The notes beneath the pieces were generated by a model, which saw only the letters and a program-made list of their open reading frames with translations, did no database searches and was not told the DNA's origin. From NCBI RefSeq assembly GCF_004010195.1, contig NC_057719.1, forward strand, positions 77,702,373 through 77,737,012: DNA of 34,640 nt, given 5' to 3'. The DNA comes from Chiloscyllium plagiosum (Eukaryota). The translations under genes and the position numbers were made by a program. This document shows, in pieces, positions 11,018-22,945 of the stretch; within the stretch, counting starts at the first letter, position 1; each line of letters begins with the position of its first letter.

Positions 11018-11344
11018 TAGCAAATATGCTTCTTGGGCGAATTATGTTGATATAAATATGATTAGGTATGTGCTTTGTTACATTGTCAATAGTTTGCCAG
11101 AACATAAAAATGTTCAAAATTCACCATATATTTTAGTGATTTTTGTCGGTTGCAATGAATTTCCTGGTTTTGCACTAATTTAAGAGATGACAGCTTATTA
11201 GTTTTTGGTAGAATGCTCACGTCTCTGGTTGTTATTAGTAACTTATTTTTGTACTGCCAACAGCATGCTAGAGACTCTGAATTTTATATTGAATGGATCA
11301 CCTTGGGACTCATAAATAATTTTTACTATCATGATACTTAAATG

Positions 11345-11720
11345 TTGGGAGTGTGATGGAACACACTCCATTTGCCTGTGGGAGTGCTGAGCAGCAGTGG
11401 CAACATTTGAAAATTGATAACATTTAGGAGAAGGTTTTCTACATGACTGCCACTATGCCCCTTCTGCAGTACATGTTATCTATGAGCAATTGGAAGTTAG
11501 GCAGCATCTCTCATTGGTGATCTTCAATCCGAAGAACAAGGGTAGAAGGTGTTCAAGATGACCATTAGCTGCTAAGTCTGACTCCAAATCTCTTTCCTGA
11601 CATAGTCAGATGTCTCAAATTCTCTCTTTCTACTTGGTCAAAATCTTGAAGCTCCCCAACTCACAGCACTGCAGCAGTATCTTCACAACAGCAATAACTC
11701 TAATTTACTGCTCTCTTTTG
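11345..11720 (+). mobile_element. Decayed 3' fragment of the same LINE family as 670-2169
   Basis: AGTGTGATGGAACACACTCCATTTGCCTG (SVMEYSPLAW-like) and GGTCAAAATCTTGAAGCTCCC match 1690-2000. Confidence 0.55.
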
Positions 11721-12420
11721 TAATAAAACATCCCAACACACTCCACAGGAACATTACAAGTTTACATAAAGCAATCTTACAGCAATGCATAAAAGCTTGG
11801 TTTAATAAGGGTTTTAAGTTGAGAGTGCATTGTTGGAAAAGCACAGCAGGTCAGGCAGCATCCAATGAGCAGGAAAATCGACGTTTCGGGCCGAAGCCCT
11901 TCATTATTCCTGAAGAAGGGCTCCGGCCCAAAATATCGAGTTTCCCACGCCTCGGATGCTGCCTGACTTGCTGTGTTTTTCCAGCAACACACCCTCAACT
12001 CTGATCTCCAGCAGCTGCAGACCTCACCTCTTTAAAATAAGGGTTTTAAAGAGTCTGAAAAGTGGAAAGAGAATTAGATTATTGGATTGCTGTGAGATTG
12101 GAGGAAATTCAAGTTGATGAGAGGTGAAGTTATGTAAGGATCTGAAAACTAGAATTAGGATTTTAAAATTAAGGTATAGCTTAACTAGTAACCTTGTGTC
12201 AATGAGCAGCCATGTTTTGAGTTCATGTGACTTGGTGCAAACAAAGACTCGGCAGAATTTTGGATGACCTCAGGTAATGGAGGGAAGAATGTGGGAGGCC
12301 AGTTGGGAGTGTGTTAAAGTTAAGTCGAGAGACAACAAAGATAATTGATTCTCTACCAGCTGAACTGAGGCAGAGGTGGAGTCAGGTGATAGTGCTGCTG
12401 TGTAGTTGGTATCAAATATA
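11720..12420 (-). mobile_element. L2-like LINE 3' fragment, interrupted by a PLE fold-back
   Basis: AAAAGCTTGG...GGTTTTAA, GCAGAATTTTGGATGACCTCA and GAGACAACAAAG motifs are shared with 22405-22830 and 33775-33905. Confidence 0.6.
11818..12035. mobile_element. PLE pLTR fold-back (family B) with 14-bp TSD
   Basis: Palindrome centred at ~11905, with the plus arm extending to CAGACCTCACCTCT; direct repeat AATAAGGGTTTTAA at 11804-11817 and 12036-12049. Confidence 0.85.
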
Positions 12421-12432
12421 AACACTTGGTAC

Positions 12433-13430
12433 AGTTTTTTGAAGAAGTAACAAAGAGGATTGATGAGGGCAGGACGGTATATGTGATCTATATGGACTTC
12501 AGTAAGGCGTTCGACAAGGTTCCCCATGGGAGACTGATTAGCAAGGTTAGATCTCACGGAATAGAGGGAGAACTAGCCATTTGGATACAGAACTGGCTCA
12601 AAGGGAGAAGACAGGTGGTGGTGGTGGAGGGATGTCTCTCATTCTGGGGGCCTGTTGCCAATGGTGTGCCACAATGATCCATGCTGAGTCCACTCCTATT
12701 TGTCATTTATACAAATGTTTTGGATGTCAACAAAGGAGGTATGATTAGCAAGTTTACAGATGACACCAGATTTGGAGGAGCAATGGACAGCAAAGTCGCT
12801 TACCTGAGAGTGCAGCAGGATCTTGATTAGATGTGCCAATGGGCAGGAGAGTGACAGATGGATTTTAATTCAGATAAATGTGAGGTGTTGCATTTTGGAA
12901 AGGTAAATAAGGGCAGGAGTGAACACCCGTAATGGGGAAGGTCCTGGGGAGTGTTGCTGAACAACGAGGCCTTGGAGTGTAGGTTCATCGTCCCTTGAAA
13001 GTGGAATCACAGGCAGATAGGACAGTGAAGAAGGTATTTAGTTAGCTTGCATTTATTGATCAGTGCATTGAGTACCGGAGTTGGGAGGTTATGTTGCTGC
13101 AGGACATTGGTTCGGACACTTTTGGAATATTGTGTGCAATTGTGGTCTGCCTGCAAAAGGCAGAATGTTGTGAAACTTAAAAGGGTTCAGAAAAGATTTA
13201 CAAAGATCTTGCAAGGACTGAACGGTTTGGAGGAAGTAGTGAAGGTTGGTACAATTGCAACATTTAAGAGGCATTTGGATGGGTATATGAATAGGACAGG
13301 TTTGGAGGGATATGGGCCACGTGCTGGCAGGTGGGACTAGATTGGGTTGGGATAGCTGGTCGGCATGGATGGGCTAGACTGAAGGGTCCGTTTCCATGCA
13401 GTACATCTCTGACTCTGCGACACTATGAAT
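12433..13430 (+). mobile_element. CR1 (HER1-like) LINE, internally deleted at ~13228
   Basis: FFEEVTKRIDEG, YMDFSKAFDKVPHG, GVPQ, RTLVR.LLEYCVQLWS; tail GAAGGGTCCGTTTCCATGCAGTACATCTCTGACTCT. Confidence 0.95.
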
Positions 13431-13752
13431 GGAACTATAGAAATGCCAAGTCTTTACCTTCAAAGATGGTCTAAGTGGCTATTCTTATGAGCTTAGAGTG
13501 AGTTTTGACAGGCAATACTGTTTAGAGGAAAGCTCAAATCAAATCTTACTGCGTATGCCTGCAGACCCTGCTCCATACACGTGACACTGATAACAGACAC
13601 CACCAATTTTATAATTAATTTAGTGTTGAGAAGAACAAACTAAGTGCTTTACTATGGTGTAAATAAATAATACAGAACTATAATAAATGCAAAGCATGTT
13701 GGAAGGAACTGCTGAGTTTTTCCCCTATTTTGTGTAATTCATAATACTATTA

Positions 13753-13841
13753 TCTGGTTGGCATGGACGAATCTGGCTGGCATGGATAAGTTGGACCGAA
13801 GGGTCTGTTTCTGTGTTGTACAGTATATCTCTCTGACTCTA
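13753..13841 (+). mobile_element. CR1 3' tail fragment with short internal duplication
   Basis: TCTGG(T/C)TGGCATGGA occurs twice, followed by GTTGGACCGAAGGGTCTGTTTCTGTGTTGTAC...CTCTGACTCT. Confidence 0.8.
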
Positions 13842-14270
13842 ACTAGTTTTGTAAGTGGTTTCCTATTTTTCTAGGGTGAGGATGCTTATGCTTGTCACCT
13901 TTGCTACTTGTAAGTGAGATTGATGAACTGAACAGATCTAACATGGCTTAGTAACCAGAATGTGCAGCCTTTTACTTTTATACCGAGGGTTATTTGGTTT
14001 GGAGAGGACTAAGCTTTTTAAAATCCTTTTTTGTTTGTTGGTACACATGATGGAAGTAGAAGTATTGACTACTAACTTTAAAATTTTACAAGTAACAAAA
14101 AGTGGAAGCAAGAAGTTAAAACCTTTCGTTAAACCTTTTGATATTGACTATAGGAGACAACTGAATTTGAATATCTATCATTTTTCTGTGAAATGTTGTA
14201 ATGAATGTGTTTCCCGTGTTCATGGTACTTGTAACAATTTTGCCATGACATCTTGCATGAGTCATATGAC

Positions 14271-14392
14271 TAGATTAGATTCCCTACAGTGTGGAAACAG
14301 GCCATTTGGTCCAATAAGTCCACACTGACTCTCCAAAGAGTGGCCCATCCAGACCCATTACCCTACCCTATATTTACCCCTGACTAATGCAC
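14271..14392 (-). mobile_element. HE1 SINE 3' half
   Basis: TAGATTAGATTCCCTACAGTGTGGAAACAGGCC...TTTACCCCTGACTAA is the reverse complement of the tail of 24307-24622. Confidence 0.8.
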
Positions 14393-14720
14393 TGGTATTG
14401 ATGATGATGTAATACTGGTGATGCAAGATTTTTTGAATAATGCGCTGCACTGGGCATTTTATGCAGTTTGTTTTCCCCCACCTTTTCCTCCTTTTCCTTT
14501 TCATAGCTGGATTTCAAGGTTGCAACAATTACTTTGTGTTGGTCAGAAGCTTGATCTGGGATCAATTTGCAAAAACAATGTGTATCATTGTAGAATACTA
14601 TTGTGCCCACATAACAAGTAGCTGCATGTTAATATTATTAGGTGATTGAACAGCTATGAAGTGTTGTGGCATAAAGTGCAATTGTTTTTTTTAAAAATAA
14701 AAATCTTGCCTCCCTGCCCC

Positions 14721-15119
14721 AAAAGAAACAAAGTTGAAAAAGTTCTTCTAATGTTATGGCAACATTTTTGGATTTTGAGTTTGACCAGGCAGTTAACATA
14801 TTTCCCCTACCGAACGTTTCCTGCCAGTTTTGAGATTTAGAAATCAATGTCACTTATTTGAAAACTTGCACACTTTGTTACATGGTAAAAGAAACAAAGT
14901 TGAAAAAGTTCTTCTAATGTTATGGCAATATTTTTGGATTTTGAGTTTGACCAGGCAGCTGTTCCAGCAATAAAGTTTCAACTTTGATCTCCAGCATCTG
15001 CAGACCTCACTTTCTCCTCGAAGAGTTAAGATATTTCCCCTACCGAACGTTTCCTGCCAGTTTTGAGATTTAGAAATCAATGTCACTTATTTGAAAACTT
15101 GCACACTTTGTTACATGGT
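14721..15119. repeat. Tandem duplication of a 166-bp unit; the second copy carries a 67-bp PLE insert
   Basis: 14721-14886 and 14887-15119 are identical except for two substitutions and the insert at 14959-15025. Confidence 0.95.
14959..15025 (+). mobile_element. Short PLE pLTR 3' fragment (family B)
   Basis: TTCCAGCA...CAACTTTGATCTCCAGCATCTGCAGACCTCACTTTCTCCT matches 6180-6240 and 11978-12030. Confidence 0.85.
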
Positions 15120-15171
15120 GTCCGTATTCAGCAGTCGCTAAGTCAACCGAGATTGGAGTGTCCATTAGCTA

Positions 15172-15667
15172 TAAGAAAGACTAATTTTACATAGCATCTT
15201 TTAAATTTACTAAATAGTTCCAAGTATTTCTCGACTGATCGATTTGCATTTCGCTTGACACTTTTGTTGAAAACAAAAGAAAACCCTGCTTGAACATGTT
15301 ATGGACTCGCCTGTAGCAGGTGGGACTTAAACCCATACCTGCTGCCCAGAGATAGGATTACTACCATTGGGCACAAGGTCCCAATAGCCATTATGTACAT
15401 ATCAGACTACTCCTTTCCATAATAAGTTCGCATAAGCGGTAAATGATGTTTGAGGGAAGATATTGGCTGGACATTAGAAGAACGTGTTGCTCTTGTTAAT
15501 AATATCATCTGGTATTTTAATCCCCAGGATTACTGTAAAGAATGACAAGCCTTGGTTTAAAGGTTTAACTGAAAAGTGAGACATTCCTGATTTGAAATGT
15601 CAGGTAACATTCTGCATTTGAGTGAGTCTTTAACCTTCTGATGACAGTGACCAATTGAATGAAACTG
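15172..15667 (-). mobile_element. Decayed DeuSINE-like element (SacSINE1/AmnSINE-type)
   Basis: TTGAGGGAAGATATTGGCTGGACA...TGCTCTT...GCCTTGGTTTAA resembles the reverse complement of the Deu domain; L2-type tail at ~15175-15230. Recognised from memory of the consensus. Confidence 0.55.
15283..15385 (-). mobile_element. Short tRNA-derived SINE nested in the DeuSINE
   Basis: AGGTGGGACTTAAACCC (B box, reverse) and ACTACCATTGGGCAC (A box, reverse); similar to 16655-16748. Confidence 0.55.
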
Positions 15668-16654
15668 GAACTTTTGGTGTTTGAATCTCTTAATGTTCTT
15701 TTTGTCCTGGTGTGATATTTCAGTTTCCCATGGCATGCTTATTTATGATTAACACAAACTGACAGCATAATCATAACTAGCATTGTGATGGAGGTGTATC
15801 CAAGTAGAAATGAGTTTAATCTGATATCCTGTCTAGGGTTGTGTTCAGTAATGTGCTGCACTGGAATTAAAGCTGTCTGGGTGTGCAAGAAAATTGTAAC
15901 ATGAAGAAGCAGAGTTGGTTATGAGCATTTGCTCTTTCAAACAACTTTCAAATTCCTGAGGGCAAATTTCAGTAACTTGTCTTTTGAATTGCAACATTTT
16001 CCTGGGTGTTCCCTATTCTTGGAGAGGGATAGCTAATGAATTCCATTCCTCCCATTTACAGAACAATTGCTGATTTTTATAAATTAGAAATGCTGGATGC
16101 GCCACATAATTTTATGAACATTCTACAAAGGGATGAAAGATTGGTGTTCAGATGAGAGATCTCTACCCAAATTGCTAGCCAATCTTTCCTTTTTCAGATA
16201 GACTAGCTGTGTATTTCAACTGTGGTTTTGGATTTATAACCTTTTGAGTTTTTAAAAATCTAAATCCATTTTGTGCTGGTTTAGCCCCCTTTTAAACTTG
16301 TAGAACCTGGATTGTGATAAAATAAGCCTTTTTTAAAGAATAATTTTCAAGGTATTCTTTCCTGTTGTATCAATTATGATGCAAGTTGTTGGGGTAGTTT
16401 GTCACAGTTCTGTTTCTTGACTGGGACTAAGGGCTTATAGTGGTGAAGGAAACTTAATGAGAGAGGCTCTTAAAACAAAATGAAACTTATTGAATGATAG
16501 CAATTGAGTAAAAATTATTACAAAAGCTTTTGGGAGATATAGGTCTTCACCCTAAAAGACCTGTAGGTTTTGCCACCCAAGTCCTCATCTCACAGTCCCA
16601 TTAGGTGGAGCTTAATTCTGTCTCCAACATTAATCCTTTCAGATATTTTCTCAT

Positions 16655-16748
16655 CAGTTCAGAGATGTTATTACATACCTCCTGGGATAGGTGGGATTTG
16701 AATCCAGGCCTCCTGGCTTTGTGAGGTTTCTACCACTGCACCAAGGGA
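16655..16748 (-). mobile_element. Short tRNA-derived SINE head
   Basis: AGGTGGGATTTGAATCC and CTACCACTGCACCA are the reverse B and A boxes. Confidence 0.55.
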
Positions 16749-18071
16749 ATCCTTTTCCATTACTTTATATACTGTGCTTCCCCTCTTCTTAATTTTCTTT
16801 TGTTGACAAATTTTTGGTCCTGCTGAAGCCAATCAGCGTCGGCCACCTGGCTATTAAATGCATTAATTGACCAGGTCTTTTTGAGTCTGTATATTCAGTT
16901 TTGGAGACTGAGACTTTGAATGTTCATAGCAAAGTAAGAAGTTGTTGATGAATTTCCACCTCTTTCTGATTTTAATGTTTTGCTACTGCAATGCTCCCAT
17001 TTTTGCCAGATGTCACTGCATTTGAACCACAAGGAAAATAAAGCTAAGCAGTGGGTTTCTGACTTGTATTACCAACTAATAGTCTAGTGACACAGAATAT
17101 TGTAAAAGAGCAAAAGAATGAATTAGAGTTCGTAGGTAGGTGGGATGGAGACAGATGAAAGCGAATGGGGTTCTTGTTAATCTGCTGTCTGACATTTGTG
17201 TAGTATTGAATCGCTCAATAATTGTGTCTTTGTGCCGTACAACATGCTCCATGAGTTGTGCAACACTGTTGAAGGCTTGAGCACCAATTTTGAGAAGACC
17301 ATTTAAGTTCTTCAGAATAATTGTATGTAATGATTTTAGAAACTAACAAAGCACAAATGCTTCAACCAAGTAGTATGTTCACAAGGTAGTTTCATACGAA
17401 AAGGGGGCATGAATAAAATCCAGCTCTGTAGGTAGACAGAGAATGGAGCATGCCTGTGGGATACCACTTTGATTGCTGAAGTAAACAAGAGCTTTTAAAA
17501 GGAAGACAAAAAGGAAAATGAGAGATATAGTGGGAGGTTCATGATAAGCTGAAGCTGGCTATTACAACATGTGACTGATCTCTAGAATTACAACCTGGTA
17601 ATTCATTGTTTTTAAAATCCTGCTATTGCAGAGTTTCTGGTTCAGTATAGTAGGCTGTGGTTTGTCACTGTTCATTGCACGTTTCTGGTCATTCTTCCTC
17701 TCCAAATATAGGGGCCTTTGTCCATAAGAGAAAATATTAAATTGTAGCAAATAGGAAGGAAGATGAAATGATAACTCTTGAGTTGCCATAATGGGCAAAT
17801 GTTCAAATGATGATAAGGATGAAATCCATTGAACAAGATATGGATAGGAAGTGAATTTCAAGAAGATTTGTAGCTCCCAGATGGGGACAGAGTTGTGGAA
17901 CCAAATTTAACACCACCTATTCTTAAACCTCCTTACCTTTAAAACTACATTGTAGGCGATGTTGGTTACCAGAAGCAGAATGGCTTTTCTTCTAGAAATG
18001 CTGATAACCTATCTAAGCAGCTCAAATATTTCTCTGAAGTGTTCTTTTTGCATTGTTGAATTTATTTGCAG

Positions 18072-18111
18072 GAACAAGTTCTGTAGAAGTAGGTATCATC
18101 AAAAAGTGCAG
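18072..18111 (+). other. Candidate 40-nt host exon
   Basis: Acceptor TTTATTTGCAG| and donor CAG|GTAAGA in repeat-free DNA; no recognisable peptide. Confidence 0.35.
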
Positions 18112-18671
18112 GTAAGATTAATCAGTCAGTGTCTCTGGAGTCTTGCTGTATGCTGACAGGGGAAAAAAAATCTATCTATTTACAAGCCATGGAAAGGATT
18201 GAGTTTTCAGAGTAGAAGACTCAACATTGGAAGGGTACATGGAAGAAGGCGGGCATATACATACTGATTTACCATTTTAATGCCAATAAAGTACTGTTGT
18301 AAAGTTAAACTGTCCTTGATATTGTTGAGGTATATATTTTCAAATTACTGAAACATTTACTTTTCAGTACAATATATCCTGGTACAATTTTTTTAAAAAA
18401 AGGAACTTGTATATTCAGAATTTGTTGGGTTTCTTTGAGTCCAATCTGTGATTTTAAATGATTACTGTATTGTTAAGTTTTGTTCATTGGTTCCTAGGTG
18501 GTAGCTCAATAAATAATCAGCCTTCAGCTTTTCCTCTTTTTAATCTGGGATGCTGACACAACTAATTATGTGTTCCATCACCATTTATATGGCTAGCGCT
18601 CGCTAAACCGGGCATGACATACTGAAATGGTGGCTAAATATTTGTTGTATGTGAATTTAAAGTGTTAAAAC

Positions 18672-19025
18672 AAAAAAAGTTACTATAGGCCAGTTAACTT
18701 AATCATCTGTTATTGGGGAAAATGCTAGAATCTATTGTAAAGAATATAATAGTAAAGCATTTAAAAATGCACGGCGTAAGCAAGCAGAATCAGCATGGTT
18801 TCACGAAAGGAAAAAGATGCTTGATGATAATTCTCTGAAGTAGCAAGCAGGATAAATAAAGGGGAACCAATAGATATTTAGGTTTTCAAAAGGCATTCGA
18901 TATGTGTGGGTTAGGCTACTTAATAATTTTAGGAGCCCATGGTATTTGGGATAGTACATTAGTGTTGATAGAGGATTGGTTAATTAATAGGAGACAAAGT
19001 TGGAATAAATGGGCATTTTTAGAAT
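18672..19025 (+). mobile_element. Old CR1 RT fragment
   Basis: YRPVNL..GKMLESIVK, SQHGFTKGK.CL and FQKAFD remnants. Confidence 0.8.
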
Positions 19026-19457
19026 GATGTGGAGAAGCTGATGTTGGACAGGGGTGGACAAAGTTAAAAATCACACCACCCTAGGTTGTGGTCCAACAGG
19101 TTTATTTGGAAGCACTAGCTTTTGGACTACTGTTCCTCCTTCAGGTAGCTGTGGAGCACAAGACCATAAGAGACAGAATTTATAACAAAAGATTGCTGTG
19201 ACATGGAACTGAAATGATATATTGAACAAACCTGGATTGTTGTTAAGTCTTTCATCTTTTAGAATCTATTGCAGGTTTCAGTTCATTAATATGTAAATCC
19301 CAGAACGACCTTTAAGTCACCTTTTCGAGATAGCTTAAGGTTTTATAACAAAAGGTGACATCTTGGCTCAGACAGTGCATCCCAGAACTTCTTGTAAGTC
19401 ATCCCTTCTCTAGCATTGTCTGAGCTGAGATGTCACCTTTTGTTACAAAACCTTAAG
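19026..19457 (-). mobile_element. PLE 3'-end fragment (family D) with degenerate hammerhead and rearranged end
   Basis: The reverse strand at 19116-19145 reads CCTGAAGGAGGAACAGTAGTCCAAAAGCTAG (decayed CTGANGA...GAAAGCT); 45-bp inverted repeat at 19334-19378 and 19413-19457. Confidence 0.65.
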
Positions 19458-19649
19458 TGGAATGGGCTGTCAGAGGAAGTCGTGGAGGCTGGTACAATTA
19501 CGACATTTAAAATGCCTCTGGATGGGTATATGAAAAGTAAGGGTTTAGAGGGATATGGGCCAAATGCTGGCAAATGGAACTAGATTTATTTAGAATGTCT
19601 GGAGTTGGACGGAAGGGTCTGTTTATGTGCTATATATCTCTGACTCTGT
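19458..19649 (+). mobile_element. CR1 3' end
   Basis: TGGAATGGGCTGTCAGAGGAAGTCGTGGAGGCTGGTACAATT...GAAGGGTCTGTTTATGTGC, matching 13229-13425. Confidence 0.9.
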
Positions 19650-21189
19650 GGTATAAACGTGGTGGTTTTTCACTTTTCTCTCCTGGAATTAAAGCCATGG
19701 AAAACCTACTTAGATGAGTTCTGCAAATGCCTCATTAAAATTTGAATCCTGATTGGTTTTGGTTTTGAATTACTTTGTTTTGTAAAGTAACCTATTGTCG
19801 AATGAGCTGCGAGTTTCCCACTGCGAAACAGCACTCAACTTTGCTCTTATTTTTGGATGTTTCTTTCAAGCATTCTATCCTAGTTGGCTCCAGCTAATTT
19901 TCAATTGTCTTATCAACAGTAATGAAAAGTATTCACAACCAAGTCTAAAAAATAAGCATTTAGCAAATGTCTGAATTTTCTATTTTTGGAGTTTTCATTT
20001 TTTTTGTGAACTAGTGTAGGCTTCACCTTTCCCTTGATATTGTATGTATGAGGCAATGCATTTAATTTCCAACATAATTTTACTGGATTAAATACAAATA
20101 TCTGTTTGGCTTGAAATGACCCATTAGACAAAAGATACACTTAATATTAAAAGTTTTTGCTTTTTTGATCTCCAAGTGGCCTCAACCACCACTACTGGCA
20201 AAGACTTAAGATCTTGCTATTTTATTCTTTTACTTTTAGGATTGTTATAATTTTGTCAAAAGAATTTGATCACTTTGCTTGGCGGGTGTGGTGTCATTTG
20301 TGTTTTGTTGTTTTGCATTGCTGTATACTTTAGTGAGTGAGCCAAATCTTAACTTTTTAACTCTCTGATAATTTTCTTTATCTTTTTAATTTAATTCAGA
20401 AACTTTTAGTTATGCAGAATATTCTGCAATTTTTATGGAATAGGCTTATACAATTTTCACTTTAAAAATAAATGTTGCATGAGGCTGCTTTTATGGATCA
20501 CAAGTACTGATTCAATAGACTCTACTGGTTCTAAGTGCATCCTGCCAAATTATACTGAGTAATTGTAGTTTATTACAAAGCATACTGAATACCATGTAGC
20601 ATCGCTGATGGGAAAATGTATACCCATTACATTTGTACGTGACCTCATTATCATATTGAACTGAAGTGTTTGTTCTACATAGACCACTTTACAATGCACC
20701 TCTGTTTTGCGAAGGGAGGGTGGTTGGTGCACTTTTTGTAACTATATTTGTATCTGCTTATTCTGCCTATACTACTCTTGCACTTTTAATGTGCATAAGC
20801 ACTTCAACTGCAGCATTATACTTATTGCTTGGAGATATAAAAAACAGTTCAGCATACATTTGTTTAAGTTTGGTGGCAGAATTGAATTAGAATTGGGTTT
20901 TATTGTCGCGTATACTCCAGTACAGGAGTATAATGGAAAGTGTACAAAGTCACCTTTCTCCGGCACTATCTTATGTATGAAAACTAGAATAAAAAAAAGC
21001 AGAAATACAACATAAACACTTGAATTGTTGGCTTGTATTGCAAAGGGTTGAAGTGAATTAAGGTTAGATCTTTTCTGCACTTAATGCAAGCTCGAAAAGA
21101 ACAATTGATGCCAACACAAACCACTTTACACCAATTTGAATGTCTCCATGCTGCAACTGAAACCAGAAATAGGTTGAGAATGCATTCTT

Positions 21190-21485
21190 TCGAACAGTGC
21201 CACTTCAGAAAAAATGGGCTACCTATTTAAGATAGATGAGGAGGAAGTTCTTCTTTAGAATAGGAATCTGAAACATTCTTTACCACAGAGGGCTGGAGAG
21301 GCTGGATTGTTAAGTATGTTAGAGGCTGGAATGGATAGACAGAATTTTGATCTGTAAGGATTTTGAGGAAAAGGCAGAAAATTTGAGTTGAGGATTATCA
21401 GATCAGCCATGAAGTCTTTGAATGGCAGTACAGTATTGATGCGCTGAATGGCCTATTTCTGCTCCTACGTATATGGTCTCATGGT
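21190..21485 (+). mobile_element. CR1 3' end (second subfamily)
   Basis: GATGAGGAGGAAGTTCTTCT...TCAGCCATGA...GCTGAATGGCCTATTTCTGCTCCTA; homologous to 30820-31045. Confidence 0.8.
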
Positions 21486-22019
21486 TAGTATAACTTTTAT
21501 GAGACATGTTCGTGGAACGTAAGCTGTTATAGCATGTGGCCTCCTCTCAGGCTCCACATCTTTGCAACAGTCTCAGGTTTGTTCATACTGAGCTGACTTC
21601 TTGCAGCATGACATAGGAGGGAAGCATGTTAGGTCACATCTGAATTACTAAAATTGAACCCAGACATGCAAGTGCCTGTGGTTGTGTATGTATCAGGGCC
21701 TATAATAAAAGTTTAATTTATTCAATATGATGTTACTCATGACGTGTTCTTGCATCACTGAAGCTAATGTAAATGTCATATTACAATAGATGAACAGTAC
21801 ATGACATTGGGCATTGTGAGAATATTTCTTTGTGCAGTGCATTGGAATTTGTCTAATCTGAAAATATTCTTATCCCTGTTCAGTACAGTTTCCCTGCAAG
21901 AAGATAACCTTAGGGTTAATGATTTTGGTTTTTGTAACTACTGCAGTTACCTAGTGAGAACATTTATATCTAGTACCATATAATTTTGTGATTCTATCCC
22001 CTTGATTGGGTTTTGTCAT

Positions 22020-22945
22020 CAGAGGAAGTATTTTTCCTGTCTTCACCCAATTAAATCCTTTTGAATCATTTTAAACACCTCTATTAGATCAGTCCTTATG
22101 TTTACTGGAATGTAGAAAATTAAGTCTTGTCCAGACCACCTTCAATACCCTTAGTCCTGCTGTAATTCTTGTGAATCTGCACTGTGTCCCATAGGCCAAT
22201 ATGTGCATCTGGAGGTACAATGCCCAAAACTGAATATGGCGCTTTAAATGTAGTTGAATAGAGTTTGATGTAACTATGTCGTTCCAGTTCCATTAAGACA
22301 AAACAAAATTCTGTAGGTTTTTTTCTTCATATATCTTCACTTTTAGTAATTTTTTTGAAGTTTGAGTCTTCTACTCCATAATTCCTAATTTCTTAGCATT
22401 TGCAGCAACAACTTGCCTTTTAATGTAGTAAGATATAAAGTGATAATTGGAAATCAAACAATACATGGAGAACAAAGTATTGGTCAAAAATAATCTAAGA
22501 GCTTTCAAAAAAAGCAAGAAGCAAAGAGGATTAGTGAGACAATTCCAAAGCTTGGGACCTTGGCATACACAGTCCTACTGCCTGCAGTAGTATAAGTGAA
22601 AGTCGAATGGGCAAGAGACCAGAACTGGAAGCGTACAGAAATATTGGAGATGCAGGGCTGGATGAGCATTGGGGCACAACAGCAGCCATTTGGATGAGCT
22701 CAAGTTGTTGGAAGACCAAAGGCCAACTAAAAAAAGCATTGGTAAGTCAAGCCCAGAGATAACATGAATGAGGTGTTCAATTGCTGATGAGCTGAGACGG
22801 GAGGAATTAGGAAACTCATCTTGGGGATAAATATGATAAGATTACAGCGAGTCTGTTTCACCCTTGTTTAGAGAATCTGATCTATTTTCCTTGGGTTCAA
22901 AGTGAATGGTATCCCATATTCCAGCATTCAATTCTATTTGCCACA
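22020..22945 (-). mobile_element. Old CR1 fragment split by an L2 insertion (pieces at ~22020-22400 and ~22870-22945)
   Basis: TTTTAAACACCTCTATTAGATC, GTGAATCTGCACTG, GCCCAAAACTGAATA and ATTCAATTCTATTTGCCA (WQIELN on the reverse strand). Confidence 0.55.
22405..22830 (-). mobile_element. L2-like LINE 3' fragment
   Basis: AACAACTTGC tail, ATTCCAAAGCTTGGG, GCAGCCATTTGGATGAGCTCAAGTT and GATGAGCTGAG. Confidence 0.55.

Noticed and set aside
10698..11183. 161-aa ORF with overlapping antisense ORFs of similar sequence (also 11777-12004, 6017-6217)
   Set aside because: These are artefacts of reading through stop-poor palindromic PLE repeats.
5983..12049. CRISPR array or toxin-antitoxin/regulatory repeat system from the recurring GAAAAGCACAGCAGG palindromes
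   Set aside because: The context is eukaryotic, the repeats are dispersed rather than regularly spaced, no cas genes are present, and PLE pLTRs explain them.
13875..13909. Possible 35-nt exon (TTTTTCTAG| ... CTT|GTAAGT)
   Set aside because: The donor's exonic bases are weak, it lies next to a CR1 tail, and there is no other support.
17861..17876. 16-bp match AGAAGATTTGTAGCTC to the end of the family A PLE at 2433-2448
   Set aside because: It is too short to call an insertion, and no TSD or further homology is visible.
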